From a virus (Duplodnaviria; Heunggongvirae; Uroviricota; Caudoviricetes), in the IMG/VR virus record IMGVR_UViG_648276668_000012: 25,312 bases of DNA; one strand, 5' to 3'. The position numbers were made by a program, and so were the translations under genes. Of the stretch, positions 7,059 to 15,470 are shown piece after piece (position 1 is the first letter of the stretch; the number at the start of each line of letters is the position of its first letter). Below the pieces are notes generated by a model. The model ran no database searches. It saw only the letters and a program-made list of their open reading frames with translations, and was not told the DNA's origin.

Positions 7059-9469
7059 GCCATGCTGATATGAACAACTGCAGCGGCTTTAACGAGGTCG
7101 CCGCAGCATTCTCATGGAACAGCCCGAAAAAGGCCATTAACCCTTATCTGGACCCGGCGGAAGTTGCGCCGGTTTCTGCGCTTTCAAACCTGATCACTCT
7201 GTACGCTGCCGATAACGAGCAGGAACAACTGCGCCGCGAGGCACTGAGTGATCAGGTCTGGGAGCGTTATTTCTTTAATGAATCCCATGATCCTGTCCAG
7301 CGCGAAATGAAGCAGGATAAGCTCATTAGCCGGGCAAAGCTGGCGCATGAGCAGCAGCGTTTTAATCCGGATATGGTCATTCTGGCGGACGTCAACGCCC
7401 AGCCTTCCCATATCAGCAAGCCGCTGATGCAACGTATTGAATACTTTAGCAGCCTGGGCAGGCCAAAGGCTTATTCCCGCTATTTACGTGAGACGATTAA
7501 GCCATGTCTGGAACGACTGGAGCATGTACGCGACAGCCAGCTATCTGCATCTTTTCGCTTTATGGCAAGCCATGAAGGGCTGGACGGCCTGCTGATCCTG
7601 CCTGAAATGAGTCAGGATCAGGTGAAGCGCCTGTCTACCCTTGTCGCCGCGCATATGAGCATGTGCCTTGATGCAGCTTGTGGTGATTTGTATGCCACCG
7701 ATGACGTTAAGCCAGAAGAAATCCGCAAGACATGGGAAAAGGTGGCAGCGGAAACCCTGCGTCTGGATGTCATCCCGCCTGCGTTTGAGCAACTCCGCCG
7801 GAAAAGAAACCGCCGTAAACCCGTGCCCTATGAACTCATTCCGGGTTCGCTGGCGCGTATGTTGTGCGCCGACTGGTGGTACCGGAAATTATGGAAGATG
7901 CGTTGCGAATGGCGGGAAGAGCAGTTGCGTGCTGTTTGCCTGGTCAGCAAAAAAGCATCTCCCTATGTCAGCTATGAAGCCGTGATGCATAAACGTGAGC
8001 AGCGCCGTAAGTCGCTGGAGTTTTTCCGTTCTCATGAACTGGTGAACGAAGACGGCGACACGCTGAACATGGAGGATGTGGTAAACGCCAGCAGCAGCAA
8101 CCCGGCGCATCGCCGCAACGAGATGATGGCCTGTGTTAAAGGCCTGGAGCTTATCGCGGAAATGCGTGGTGACTGCGCCGTTTTCTACACCATCACCTGT
8201 CCGTCACGTTTCCATTCCACGCTAAATAACGGCAGGCCCAACCCGACCTGGACAAATGCGACGGTAAGACAAAGCAGCGATTATCTGGTCGGTATGTTTG
8301 CTGCATTTCGTAAGGCGATGCACAAAGCCGGGTTGCGCTGGTATGGCGTGCGGGTGGCTGAGCCGCATCACGACGGCACAGTTCACTGGCACCTGTTGTG
8401 TTTCATGCGCAAAAAAGACCGCCGCGCCATTACTGCATTGTTGCGTAAGTTTGCCATCCGTGAAGACCGCGAGGAGCTGGGCAATAACACGGGGCCACGC
8501 TTTAAGTCTGAGCTGATAAACCCGCGCAAAGGTACGCCAACAAGCTACATCGCGAAATATATCAGCAAGAACATTGACGGGCGTGGTCTGGCTGGCGAGA
8601 TCAGCAAGGAAACGGGTAAATCTCTGCGTGATAACGCTGAATACGTGAATGCCTGGGCGTCTTTGCATCGTGTTCAGCAATTCCGCTTCTTTGGTATTCC
8701 GGGACGTCAGGCTTACCGTGAACTTCGCTTGCTGGCTGGTCAGGCGGCAAGGCAACAGGGTGACAAAAAAGCAGGTGCGCCGGTACTGGATAACCCGTGT
8801 CTTGATGCCATTCTGGCTGCTGCTGATGCTGGTTGTTTTGCCACCTACATCATGAAGCAGGGCGGCGTACTGGTTCCCCGTAAATATCACCTCATCAGAA
8901 CCGCTTATGAAATCAACGAAGAGCCGACCGCCTATGGCGATCACGGTATTCGTATTTATGGCATCTGGTCACCCATTGCAGAGGGCAAGATCTGCACTCA
9001 TTCAGTGAAGTGGAAAATGGTTCGTAAAGCCGTTGACGTTCAGGAGGCGGCAGCCGACCAGGGCGCTTGCGCCCCTTGGACTCGTGGCAATAACTGTCCC
9101 CTTGCTGAAAATTTGAACCAACAGGAGAAAGATAAATCAGCTGATGGGGACACCAGAACGGACATTACCCGCATGGATGACAAGGAGTTGCACGATTACC
9201 TGCACAGTATGAGCAAAAAAGAGCGCCGGGAACTGGCTGCAAGGTTACGCTTGGTGAAACCGAAACGGCGTAAAGACTACAAACAGCGAATTACAGATCA
9301 TCAGCGACAGCAGCTCGTTTATGAGCTGAAGTCCAGAGGATTTGATGGCAGCGAGAAAGAGGTCGATTTACTCCTTCGCGGCGGCAGTATTCCGTCAGGA
9401 GCAGGCCTGCGTATCTTCTATCGGAACCAGCGTCTGCAGGAGGATGATAAATGGCGGAACCTGTATTAA
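7055..9469 (+). CDS. A: Replication initiation endonuclease gpA (HUH rolling-circle initiator)
   Basis: 804 aa from the ATG at 7055 (ATGA overlap with dam, SD GGAG). The HUH motif [10 protein letters not shown] and the Tyr motif [10 protein letters not shown] are present. Confidence 0.9.
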
Positions 9470-9560
9470 TTACGCTGGTTAACAATTCGTGCTCTTAATA
9501 ATACCAGGCATATCAGGCTGATGAGCGTAAAAAACGTTTTACATCAGTAAGATTATTATA

Positions 9561-9580
9561 TACTGTAAATATAAACAGTG
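9561..9580 (+). promoter_or_regulatory. LexA (SOS) box overlapping a promoter
   Basis: TACTGTAAATATAAACAGTG contains CTGT-N8-ACAG, a near-perfect match to the E. coli SOS box consensus TACTGTATATATATACAGTA. TTTACA at 9538-9543 sits 17 nt upstream of TACTGT. Confidence 0.8.
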
Positions 9581-9621
9581 GTTATGTGTACAGTATTGCT
9601 TGTGGTGTCATAGGAGGAAAA

Positions 9622-9810
9622 ATGCAGGACTATTTTTTGGAGTCTTTGAAGCTCCAGCGCATTGATTTTTTTCTTAAGCTTGTAGCGGCTAGTGAGTGTA
9701 GTGATGAAGAGAAGGGGCTGGCTCTGCAGTGGGTTTCTGAGTTGACTGATGAACTCATGGCAAAAATCAGAACTCACGAATACAACCGCTCAATGGATGT
9801 CATCAGTTGA
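9622..9810 (+). CDS. Hypothetical 62-aa protein, first gene of the LexA-controlled module
   Basis: SD AGGAGG lies upstream of the ATG at 9622. The track ORF starts earlier, at 9586, with no SD. Confidence 0.55.
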   Translation: MQDYFLESLKLQRIDFFLKLVAASECSDEEKGLALQWVSELTDELMAKIRTHEYNRSMDVIS

Positions 9811-9820
9811 GGTGACTTTT

Positions 9821-10054
9821 ATGCGCATTGAAATAATGATCGATAAAGAGCAGAAGATTAGCCAGTCTACCCTGGACGCCCTTGAATCAGAGCTTTACCG
9901 CAATCTGCGCCCCCTATATCCAAAAACGGTAATTCGCATCCGCAAAGGTAGCTCTAACGGTGTGGAACTGACCGGACTGCAACTGGACGAAGAAAGAAAA
10001 CAAGTGATGAAAATTATGCAGAAGGTGTGGGAAGACGACAGCTGGCTGCATTAA
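9821..10054 (+). CDS. DinI-family protein (186 Tum antirepressor-like), 77 aa
   Basis: MRIEIMIDKEQKISQSTLDALESELYRNLRPLYP...IMQKVWEDDSWLH aligns by eye to E. coli DinI (MRIEVTIAK...ETWESADDW). SD GAGGTG at 9809-9814. Confidence 0.8.
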   Translation: MRIEIMIDKEQKISQSTLDALESELYRNLRPLYPKTVIRIRKGSSNGVELTGLQLDEERKQVMKIMQKVWEDDSWLH

Positions 10055-10213
10055 GAAAAGTTGCTGGCGTCTGAACTTGGTTCTGGCGTCAGCAAGGTTG
10101 AACAACGAGTACAGTGAGGCGTTAGGTGTGGCGTTTATTTGATGAGTGAGCGCCCGTTCTGCGACAGGTTCGGAGATTAAGGTTGAAACTACGGGCAAAA
10201 TACCATCTTTTTC

Positions 10214-10639
10214 CTACTTAATTGAGTCCAGTAACAAGTTACAGTTACTCTCATTGTAGAGAGAACGAGCAATTAGTGTTACCTGCTTTCCATTCATTCC
10301 CGGCTTATCCCATAACACAGCTTCTTGCGACGCCACAAATTCAGCATAATCAATTATGCGTTGTTCGTGATCTGGTTCCTCATAGCCAAAGTATGAGAGC
10401 GCATCGTTGTAAGCGTGGTAAGCTGCTTTCTGTAATATCTTGATATCGGCTGTAGGTACTTGCTCCGTGTAGCTAGGATCTAATTGTGTGCTACTGCCAT
10501 AGAATGCACATGAAAGGTAAGATATTGATTTCTGTTGAGCTTTAGTTCCTTTCTCATAGTTTTTAGCTGTTACCGCCTGAACTGGGACGCTAACAAAGCT
10601 TGCAACCAGAATTAAAATTAATACGTAAAAGCTTTTCAT
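10214..10639 (-). CDS. Secreted or periplasmic hypothetical protein, 141 aa (cargo)
   Basis: The signal peptide MKSFYVLILILVASFVSVPVQA has a likely cleavage after VQA. SD GAGG lies 5 nt upstream. The gene is AT-rich and sits at the P2 old/tin position. Confidence 0.65.
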   Translation of the reverse strand: MKSFYVLILILVASFVSVPVQAVTAKNYEKGTKAQQKSISYLSCAFYGSSTQLDPSYTEQVPTADIKILQKAAYHAYNDALSYFGYEEPDHEQRIIDYAEFVASQEAVLWDKPGMNGKQVTLIARSLYNESNCNLLLDSIK

Positions 10640-10912
10640 TTTGACCTCAGCCGAAACGTTAGAGAGACTATCGAAATTTGTAAAACCCGTGGCGATTCAG
10701 TTTGAGATCCTCCCCCTTACATGATTTTTAATCAAATATATGCTTTTGTAAGCATACCTGTTAACCGAATTATTTATTTTTAGAGATCTTCCGACATACT
10801 GATTATGCCCGCTGAGGAGTTCACCTTGCGTAAAGTCCGATTCGCTTTACTCGTCTGTGCATGCCTATGCTGCATGAGATTGCATGATCGTTTGAGGATC
10901 GTTTTTGCTAAG

Positions 10913-10936
10913 GCCCGCCAGAACTGGCGGGCTTTT
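10913..10936 (+). terminator. Rho-independent terminator-like hairpin
   Basis: GCCCGCCA (10913-10920), loop GAAC, TGGCGGGC (10925-10932), followed by TTTT. Confidence 0.55.
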
Positions 10937-10981
10937 GCGTAGATCATGCACCTGCATGAAAACCACTATATAAAGCGGGCA

Positions 10982-11000
10982 GGCGTGGCGGGGATACGAG
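10982..11000 (+). other. cos-like site (candidate 19-nt cohesive end)
   Basis: GGCGTGGCGGGGATACGAG followed by CGCGCGCTGA. As I recall them, the P2 and 186 cohesive ends are GGCGAGGCGGGGAAAGCAC and GGCGTGGCGGGGAAAGCAT, followed by TGCGCGCTGA in P2. GGGGATACG is repeated at 10990-10998 and 11012-11020. Confidence 0.55.
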
Positions 11001-11087
11001 CGCGCGCTGATGGGGATACGGTGTTTTTAGTAAGGTTATGAGGTAGAATTTGACGCGGTTTTTTTAAGCATATTGAGGTGTAAATAG

Positions 11088-11633
11088 ATGGATGCTATTA
11101 CTGGATTATTGGATTTTTTTAGAAAGATTCCAACGGCACTTCTTGTAGCTATTACATGTGGTTTAAGTTTGATCCTTTTTTTGCCAGAATCTTTAGCTTC
11201 TAAAGTTGCGGTTGATGGTTTCCGTAAAGAATATAGAAATTTCATAGGACCAGCATTTTTACTGGCTGTCTCTTTTTTAGTTGCAAGAGTATATCAGTTT
11301 TTTCATGACCTATATGGCGATAGACAAAGGCACAAAGTACGTATCTCTTATTTGGAGAAGCTAACTCCTGAGGAGAAGGGATACCTCTGGTCTTATATAA
11401 TTGATGGCGAAAACTCACTAATGTGTGGTCCTGAAGATGGTGTTATGGGGGGGTTGGTTGCTAAGCGCATAACCTATAGAGCTGCAAACGTGGGCAGTAT
11501 GATTGACGGATTCGCTTTCAATTTGCAGCCGTGGGCTCGCGAGCATTTACAGAACAACACTCATTTATTAGAAGGAGCGGTCGGTAGGGCAATGACACCG
11601 GGTGAGAAACTAGGATTCAGGCGTAGATTTTAA
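11088..11633 (+). CDS. Membrane-anchored cargo protein, 181 aa; possible SieB-like superinfection-exclusion protein
   Basis: Two N-terminal TM helices (ALLVAITCGLSLILFL and FIGPAFLLAVSFLVARVY) precede a ~100-aa soluble domain. SD GAGGTG lies 8 nt upstream. The gene is AT-rich. The SieB assignment rests on architecture and memory only. Confidence 0.4.
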   Translation: MDAITGLLDFFRKIPTALLVAITCGLSLILFLPESLASKVAVDGFRKEYRNFIGPAFLLAVSFLVARVYQFFHDLYGDRQRHKVRISYLEKLTPEEKGYLWSYIIDGENSLMCGPEDGVMGGLVAKRITYRAANVGSMIDGFAFNLQPWAREHLQNNTHLLEGAVGRAMTPGEKLGFRRRF

Positions 11634-11677
11634 CCAGTCGCACACAGGCGATGCTTGACTGGTTAGACAGGGATAAT

Positions 11678-12715
11678 CTATTCAGCGTTCAACTGGTAGG
11701 GGTCAAAAGATATTATTGGCTCATTTAACCATTCGTTAAGTTCTTCAAGTCGCTTTTGTAAAGGAATTAACTCATTTCGCACAAAAACGCGGCTGGCCTT
11801 TTCCACATCCCCAAAACCTCCAACATTATTTGGCATAATCCCCATCATTTGCGGCGGCACGCGGTGCGCCGCCATCATGTCATCCCGGCTCACGTTCTTG
11901 ATGTTTAGAAACTCATCCTTTGCTGCGACCTCTGACAACGGGATGATCTGAAGCCCATCCTTTTTGCCGTTAGGCGAGTACATAAACAGGTTGCGGAAGT
12001 TGCCCGGACCTTTGGCGCTTTTCATCGCGTTGCGGAGGTTGTTTACGTCCTCCTGGTTCTGCGCAGCATCGGTCATGTACATGATGAAGCCTGCATGACT
12101 GCCGTTAATGTAATACTTGCGGCGGAACAGCGTGGCGGACTCGTTGAGCAGGGCTGACGGAATGGCAGAAAGATAACCGGGCAGGCCGTAGATCTCCTGG
12201 TTAATGTCCGGTTCCATCAGATGAAAAATGCTTCCTTTCGTGAACTGATACGGCTGGGTTGTCATACCGTATTGCACAAACCAGTAGGTATCCAGGTCTA
12301 ACCCGCGTCGGGTGTATTTTGCTAGTGCAGGCTCAAGGGCGATAACTTCACCGAAGCGGTTCGTGCGTTTCTCCAGGTAGGCGTTACCAAATACCAGATA
12401 GTCCTGCACAAAACGCGAAAAAGCTTGCTGGCTGAGCAGAGGATGAGGGATATAGGTACTGGTCAGAATGTTGCACTTTACTGCAATCGGGGAACTGTGA
12501 TGCACGGCAGCGCGGAAGGTGCGCGCCAGTCCGTCAAAGCTGACGGGCGGCTCATACCAACGGTCCATCTGTACGCATTCCACATAGTCCAGTAATTCTC
12601 GGCGGTCCAGAACAGGAACGGGATCGCCGAAGCTGAATGCTTCGGCTGAAGTCTGGCTTTTATTCTGGTTCTGGTTCGTCGACGCAGTGCGGTTTTTCTT
12701 ACTCTTTCCCATCAA
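11678..12715 (-). CDS. Q: Portal protein gpQ
   Basis: 345 aa. It overlaps the P stop and sits at the P2 Q position beside cos. Confidence 0.9.
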   Translation of the reverse strand: MMGKSKKNRTASTNQNQNKSQTSAEAFSFGDPVPVLDRRELLDYVECVQMDRWYEPPVSFDGLARTFRAAVHHSSPIAVKCNILTSTYIPHPLLSQQAFSRFVQDYLVFGNAYLEKRTNRFGEVIALEPALAKYTRRGLDLDTYWFVQYGMTTQPYQFTKGSIFHLMEPDINQEIYGLPGYLSAIPSALLNESATLFRRKYYINGSHAGFIMYMTDAAQNQEDVNNLRNAMKSAKGPGNFRNLFMYSPNGKKDGLQIIPLSEVAAKDEFLNIKNVSRDDMMAAHRVPPQMMGIMPNNVGGFGDVEKASRVFVRNELIPLQKRLEELNEWLNEPIISFDPYQLNAE

Positions 12716-14478
12716 AAAATCTCCACAATATTGCTGGTATTGGCGGACTCGCCCTGCAGCGGTTCGTTAAACAGTGCGTGCATCGTTGCCCAGGCCAGAT
12801 CGGCGTGGCTGGCTTCTTCGCTGCGGCTGGCTTCATAGGTTGGGCGGTTGCCACTGGCGGTGGTTGCGCGACGGATTGCCATGAATGACTGCGCAATGTC
12901 GGTGTGCCCGGCGTCAAACTCCAGACGGCGGTGGCTGATAATGTCGTAGGCCTTGAGTACCAGGGCGTTTTTAACGTTGGGGTTGTAGACAAACTCCCGG
13001 ACGGCAGGAAAGAACGCTTTCACGTTCTCGTAAACCCCGTGACCAACGCCGGTTGAGTCGATACCGATATAAGTCACGTTGTACTGTTCGGTAAGTTTTT
13101 TGATGGCGTCAGCTTGGGCGCGGAAGTCCATCCCGCGCCACTGGTGACGCTCAAGAATGCGGAACTTACCACCCGGCACGGCTGGCGGTGCCACCACCAC
13201 GCATCCAGCGCTGTCGCCGTTTTGCGTACCTTTTGCCGGGTCATAACCGATCCACACTTCGCGCCAGCCAAACGGGCGCAGCGCCAGTGCATGAAAGTCG
13301 GTCCAGACTTCCCAACTGTCCACCATGCACGCCTGCAGCTCGCTGAGCGGAAACACGGACGCGAGATCGTCCACAAACTCGCACATCAGCAGGTTCTGGT
13401 ATTCGTCCGGGCTGTACTCCATGCGTAGCTGGTCGAGGTCGAACAGGTTACAGCCGCCGCGCACCGCATCTTCCACGGTGACTATCTGGCGGTATTGCCC
13501 GTCTGCGCACAGCAGGCCGGGGGCCAGATTGCTGTGGGACAGGTCGATGTCCACCTTATCGGCTTTGTTGCGCCCACGGTTGAACAGCGCACCGGACCAG
13601 AACGGATAAGCACTGTGTGTCAGACTGGATGGCGTGGAAAAATAGGTTTGTCGCCATTTTTTGTGAATAGCCATACCGGAAGCCACTTTGCGCAGCTCCT
13701 GGAATTTCGGTATCCAGAAATATTCATCCAGATACAGGTTGCCGTGGTAACTCTGGGCCGTGCGGGCATTGGTGCCGAGGAAGTAAAGCGTGGCCCCGTT
13801 AGGAAGCACCATCGGATCGCCTTTCAGCTCCACCTCCACTTCTTTGGCAAAGTCGATGATGTACTGTTTAAAGACGTGGGCCTGAGCCTTGCTGGCAGAA
13901 AGGAAAATCTGGTTACGCCCGGTCAGCAGGGCGTCAATCAGGGCTTCACGGGCAAAGTAAAAGGTCGCGCCGATCTGGCGTGACTTCAGCAGGTTGCGGA
14001 TGCGGTTGGTTTTTCCGGCTTCCCACCAGTGGCGCTGGTAGTTGAACATAGAGGAATGGAAGATTTCTTCCAGTTTCTCAATCTGTTCATCGGTAAAAAC
14101 ATTCTTTTCCGGCTGACGACGTGGGCCTTTGTTGCGGTTGGCAACGTTAGGGTTTAAGTCGGCTTCGTTGCCGCCATTGTTAAACTTGCCGATCCGCGCG
14201 TGGCGCTCAGACTGGCGTGCCAGCAGGTCAATTTCTTTGAAATCTTTCCCTTCTTTGTGCTCCTTCATAATGAGCTGGCAGTAGCGTGCGGCGGTGGTGA
14301 GCTGCATCTGATCCAGCGGCCCATAGTCACCCCACTTGTCGCGTTTTTTCCAGCTGTGAACGGTTGCAACTTTCTCGCCCAGCATTTCAGCAATGCGGGC
14401 GACGCGGTATCCCTGAAAGTACAGCAGCATGGCCTGCCGACGGGGATCGAGATCTGCGGGTGTCAGTGTGGTGTTCAT
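12712..14478 (-). CDS. P: Terminase large (ATPase) subunit gpP
   Basis: 588 aa. It carries the Walker-A-like KSRQIGATFYFAREA and is in P2 gpP synteny. Confidence 0.9.
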   Translation of the reverse strand: MNTTLTPADLDPRRQAMLLYFQGYRVARIAEMLGEKVATVHSWKKRDKWGDYGPLDQMQLTTAARYCQLIMKEHKEGKDFKEIDLLARQSERHARIGKFNNGGNEADLNPNVANRNKGPRRQPEKNVFTDEQIEKLEEIFHSSMFNYQRHWWEAGKTNRIRNLLKSRQIGATFYFAREALIDALLTGRNQIFLSASKAQAHVFKQYIIDFAKEVEVELKGDPMVLPNGATLYFLGTNARTAQSYHGNLYLDEYFWIPKFQELRKVASGMAIHKKWRQTYFSTPSSLTHSAYPFWSGALFNRGRNKADKVDIDLSHSNLAPGLLCADGQYRQIVTVEDAVRGGCNLFDLDQLRMEYSPDEYQNLLMCEFVDDLASVFPLSELQACMVDSWEVWTDFHALALRPFGWREVWIGYDPAKGTQNGDSAGCVVVAPPAVPGGKFRILERHQWRGMDFRAQADAIKKLTEQYNVTYIGIDSTGVGHGVYENVKAFFPAVREFVYNPNVKNALVLKAYDIISHRRLEFDAGHTDIAQSFMAIRRATTASGNRPTYEASRSEEASHADLAWATMHALFNEPLQGESANTSNIVEIF

Positions 14479-14524
14479 GGCACAAACCTACAGCCTTGAA
14501 TGAAGGCTTTCCCCGCCTGCGGTT

Positions 14525-14542
14525 TGTGTGGTTGTCGGTACA
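14525..14542 (+). promoter_or_regulatory. Late-promoter activator dyad TGT-N12-ACA (Ogr/B-type), candidate PO
   Basis: TGTgtggttgtcggtACA in the divergent P-O intergenic region. Its centre is ~55 bp upstream of a predicted start near 14589, 30 nt before the O ATG. Confidence 0.45.
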
Positions 14543-14620
14543 AATACCGCGCATTGTTTCACTGCCCCCATCACCGCAACCATAAGGCTCCAGTAAGTTT
14601 TTTCTAACGGAGCACGGCTC

Positions 14621-15454
14621 ATGACAGTGAAAGCAAAGCGTTTTCGCATCGGGGTGGAAGGTGCCACCACCGACGGACGCGAAATCCAGCGTGAATGGCT
14701 GGAACAGATGGCAGCCAGCTACAACCCGGCGGTGTACACCGCGCTGATTAACCTTGAGCACATCAAGTCTTATCTGCCGGACAGCACCTTTAACCGCTAC
14801 GGCAAGGTGACGGCGCTGTTTGCTGAAGAAATCACGGAAGGTCCGCTGGCAGGCAAGATGGCATTGTATGCCGACGTTGAGCCAACGGAGTCCCTGGTGG
14901 AACTGGTGAAAAAAGGCCAGAAATTATTCACCTCTATGGAAGTCAGCCCGAAGTTTGCTGATACGGGCAAAGCCTATCTGGTCGGCCTGGCTGCCACTGA
15001 TGATCCCGCCAGTCTGGGTACGGAAATGCTGACATTCAGCGCCAGTGCAGCCCATAACCCGCTGGCAAACCGCAAGCAGAATCCCGCCAATCTTTTTACC
15101 GCTGCAGAGGAAACGGTGATCGAACTGGAAGAAGTCCAGGACGACAAACCGTCCCTGTTTGCCCGCGTCACGGCGCTGTTTACCAAAAAAGAGCAGTCCG
15201 ATGACGCCCGGTTCTCAGATGTGCATAAGGCCGTGGAGCTGGTCGCCACTGAGCAGCAGAACCTGAGTGCGCGCACCGAAAAATCCCTGTCTGAGCAGGA
15301 AGAACGCCTGTCTGAGCTGGAGACTGCCCTGCAGGCACAGCAAACCGCCTTTAACGAACTGGTGGACAAGCTGAGTCATGAAGACAGCCGCCAGGACTAC
15401 CGCCAGCGTGCAACAGGCGGTAACGCCCCCGCTGACACTCTGACCAATTGCTGA
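14621..15454 (+). CDS. O: Capsid scaffold (and maturation protease) gpO
   Basis: 277 aa with a coiled-coil-like C-terminus. Divergent from P, as in P2. Confidence 0.9.
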   Translation: MTVKAKRFRIGVEGATTDGREIQREWLEQMAASYNPAVYTALINLEHIKSYLPDSTFNRYGKVTALFAEEITEGPLAGKMALYADVEPTESLVELVKKGQKLFTSMEVSPKFADTGKAYLVGLAATDDPASLGTEMLTFSASAAHNPLANRKQNPANLFTAAEETVIELEEVQDDKPSLFARVTALFTKKEQSDDARFSDVHKAVELVATEQQNLSARTEKSLSEQEERLSELETALQAQQTAFNELVDKLSHEDSRQDYRQRATGGNAPADTLTNC

Positions 15455-15470
15455 TGGAGCACAAAACCCG

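Noticed and set aside
7184-8944. Several ORFs antisense to or out of frame within gpA (7184-7432, 7541-7792, 7668-7985, 7889-8110, 8222-8944, 8298-8516, 8649-8855)
   Set aside because: They lie wholly inside a well-supported 804-aa gene. They have no SD sequences, and their Arg/Ala/Cys-rich low-complexity translations are typical of shadow frames in GC-rich DNA.
10805-10942. 45-aa + strand ORF (MPAEEFTLRKVRFALLVCACLCC...) ending in the terminator hairpin near cos
   Set aside because: It is short and has no SD. Its 3' half is simply the hairpin and inverted-repeat sequence, so it is more likely non-coding cos-flanking DNA.
12637-14761. ORFs overlapping Q/P on either strand (e.g. 12699-12992, 13074-13376, 13114-13428, 13495-13983, 14200-14499, 14387-14761)
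   Set aside because: They are shadow ORFs of the terminase and portal genes. The compositionally biased translations show no independent start signals.
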